Shown here: piece after piece, positions 63,710 to 64,000 of the stretch
Position numbering within the stretch: the first letter of the stretch is position 1
Layout of the letters: the number at the start of each line of letters is the position of its first letter
Assembly: GCA_965228345.1 (NCBI GenBank)
Contig: CBDDHH010000004.1
Span: 458,983-522,982 of the forward strand
Length of the DNA stretch: 64,000 nt
Direction of reading: 5' to 3'
Source of the DNA: Alphaproteobacteria bacterium
GTDB taxonomy: Bacteria; Pseudomonadota; Alphaproteobacteria; UBA7985
Position numbers and translations under genes: made by a program
Notes under the pieces: generated by a model
What the model saw: only the letters and a program-made list of their open reading frames with translations
The model's database searches: none
Told to the model about the DNA's origin: nothing

Positions 63710-64000
63710 CTTTTTGACCTTTTTAGGGTTTTGCGCTCTTCCTTCGGGGCCTGAAGCCCATGGCGCATCTGAATAACTTGGCAAAGCGACCTTAATCGCG
63801 TTCTTCCTTGTGTCAAGGCTCGTTTTTCGGCCAATTTCGCGGCGTGCGTCTTGGTCCGGGCCCACTTCCACTCTCTTCCCAACCCAAGGGAAATAGGGCG
63901 AAAATCCAAGCGCGTCTGGACGGGTCATTTGATTTTGCTCTTGGTATGAGATACTTGGCCAAGACAAAATTGGACTGTCCCCAAGGAACATCCTCGCAAG

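Noticed and set aside
63710-63991. 94-codon upstream extension of rplU in the track ORF
   Set aside because: L21 homology starts at MSAIIRSGGKQYRV (ATG 63709). The upstream part is not conserved.

Overview
High-GC (about 60-65%) alphaproteobacterial chromosomal segment carrying housekeeping genes, one complete rRNA operon on the minus strand, and an unusually dense load of mobile and repetitive DNA.

Housekeeping genes: glnD (partial)-mutS, maeB, parB-parA-rsmG-mnmC, uvrC, cobC-like/cobS/cobT, dapD-dapE, efp, suhB, clpS, acnB, ald/lrp, ctaA, rpsT, fabA-fabB, a NitT/TauT-type ABC transporter, dusA, rpmA-rplU.

rRNA operon: 16S, tRNA-Ala, tRNA-Ile, 23S, 5S, tRNA-fMet, in that transcription order.

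Mobile and repetitive DNA:
- Five near-identical copies of an IS110-family element. Two share the same 121-bp internal deletion. All five carry an apparent +1 frameshift that puts the conserved C-terminus out of frame.
- Each IS110 copy sits at the same CT dinucleotide inside a family of MITE/REP-like repeats (42-310 bp, 10-bp imperfect terminal inverted repeat ATACCAACGG, internal GC-rich hairpins, variable 48-bp tandem units). There are 11 such repeats in 64 kb; five are occupied by the IS and six are empty.
- The ends of these repeats repeatedly coincide with, or actually supply, the stop codons and last 5-7 codons of neighbouring genes.
- Three IS200-type units: two in tandem, one interrupted by an ISAs1-family element with a 10-bp target duplication, and one truncated by a repeat.
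- A decayed IS1-like element next to the rRNA promoter region.

Other observations: the 16S-23S spacer has the tRNAs in the order Ala then Ile, which is not the canonical order. There is an AT-rich islet (ygiD-like dioxygenase) and an ABC permease with a ~450-aa N-terminal extension. I found no CRISPR array and no recognisable defence system. The most system-like novelty is the IS110/target-repeat pair with a candidate bridge RNA in the IS 5' non-coding region.
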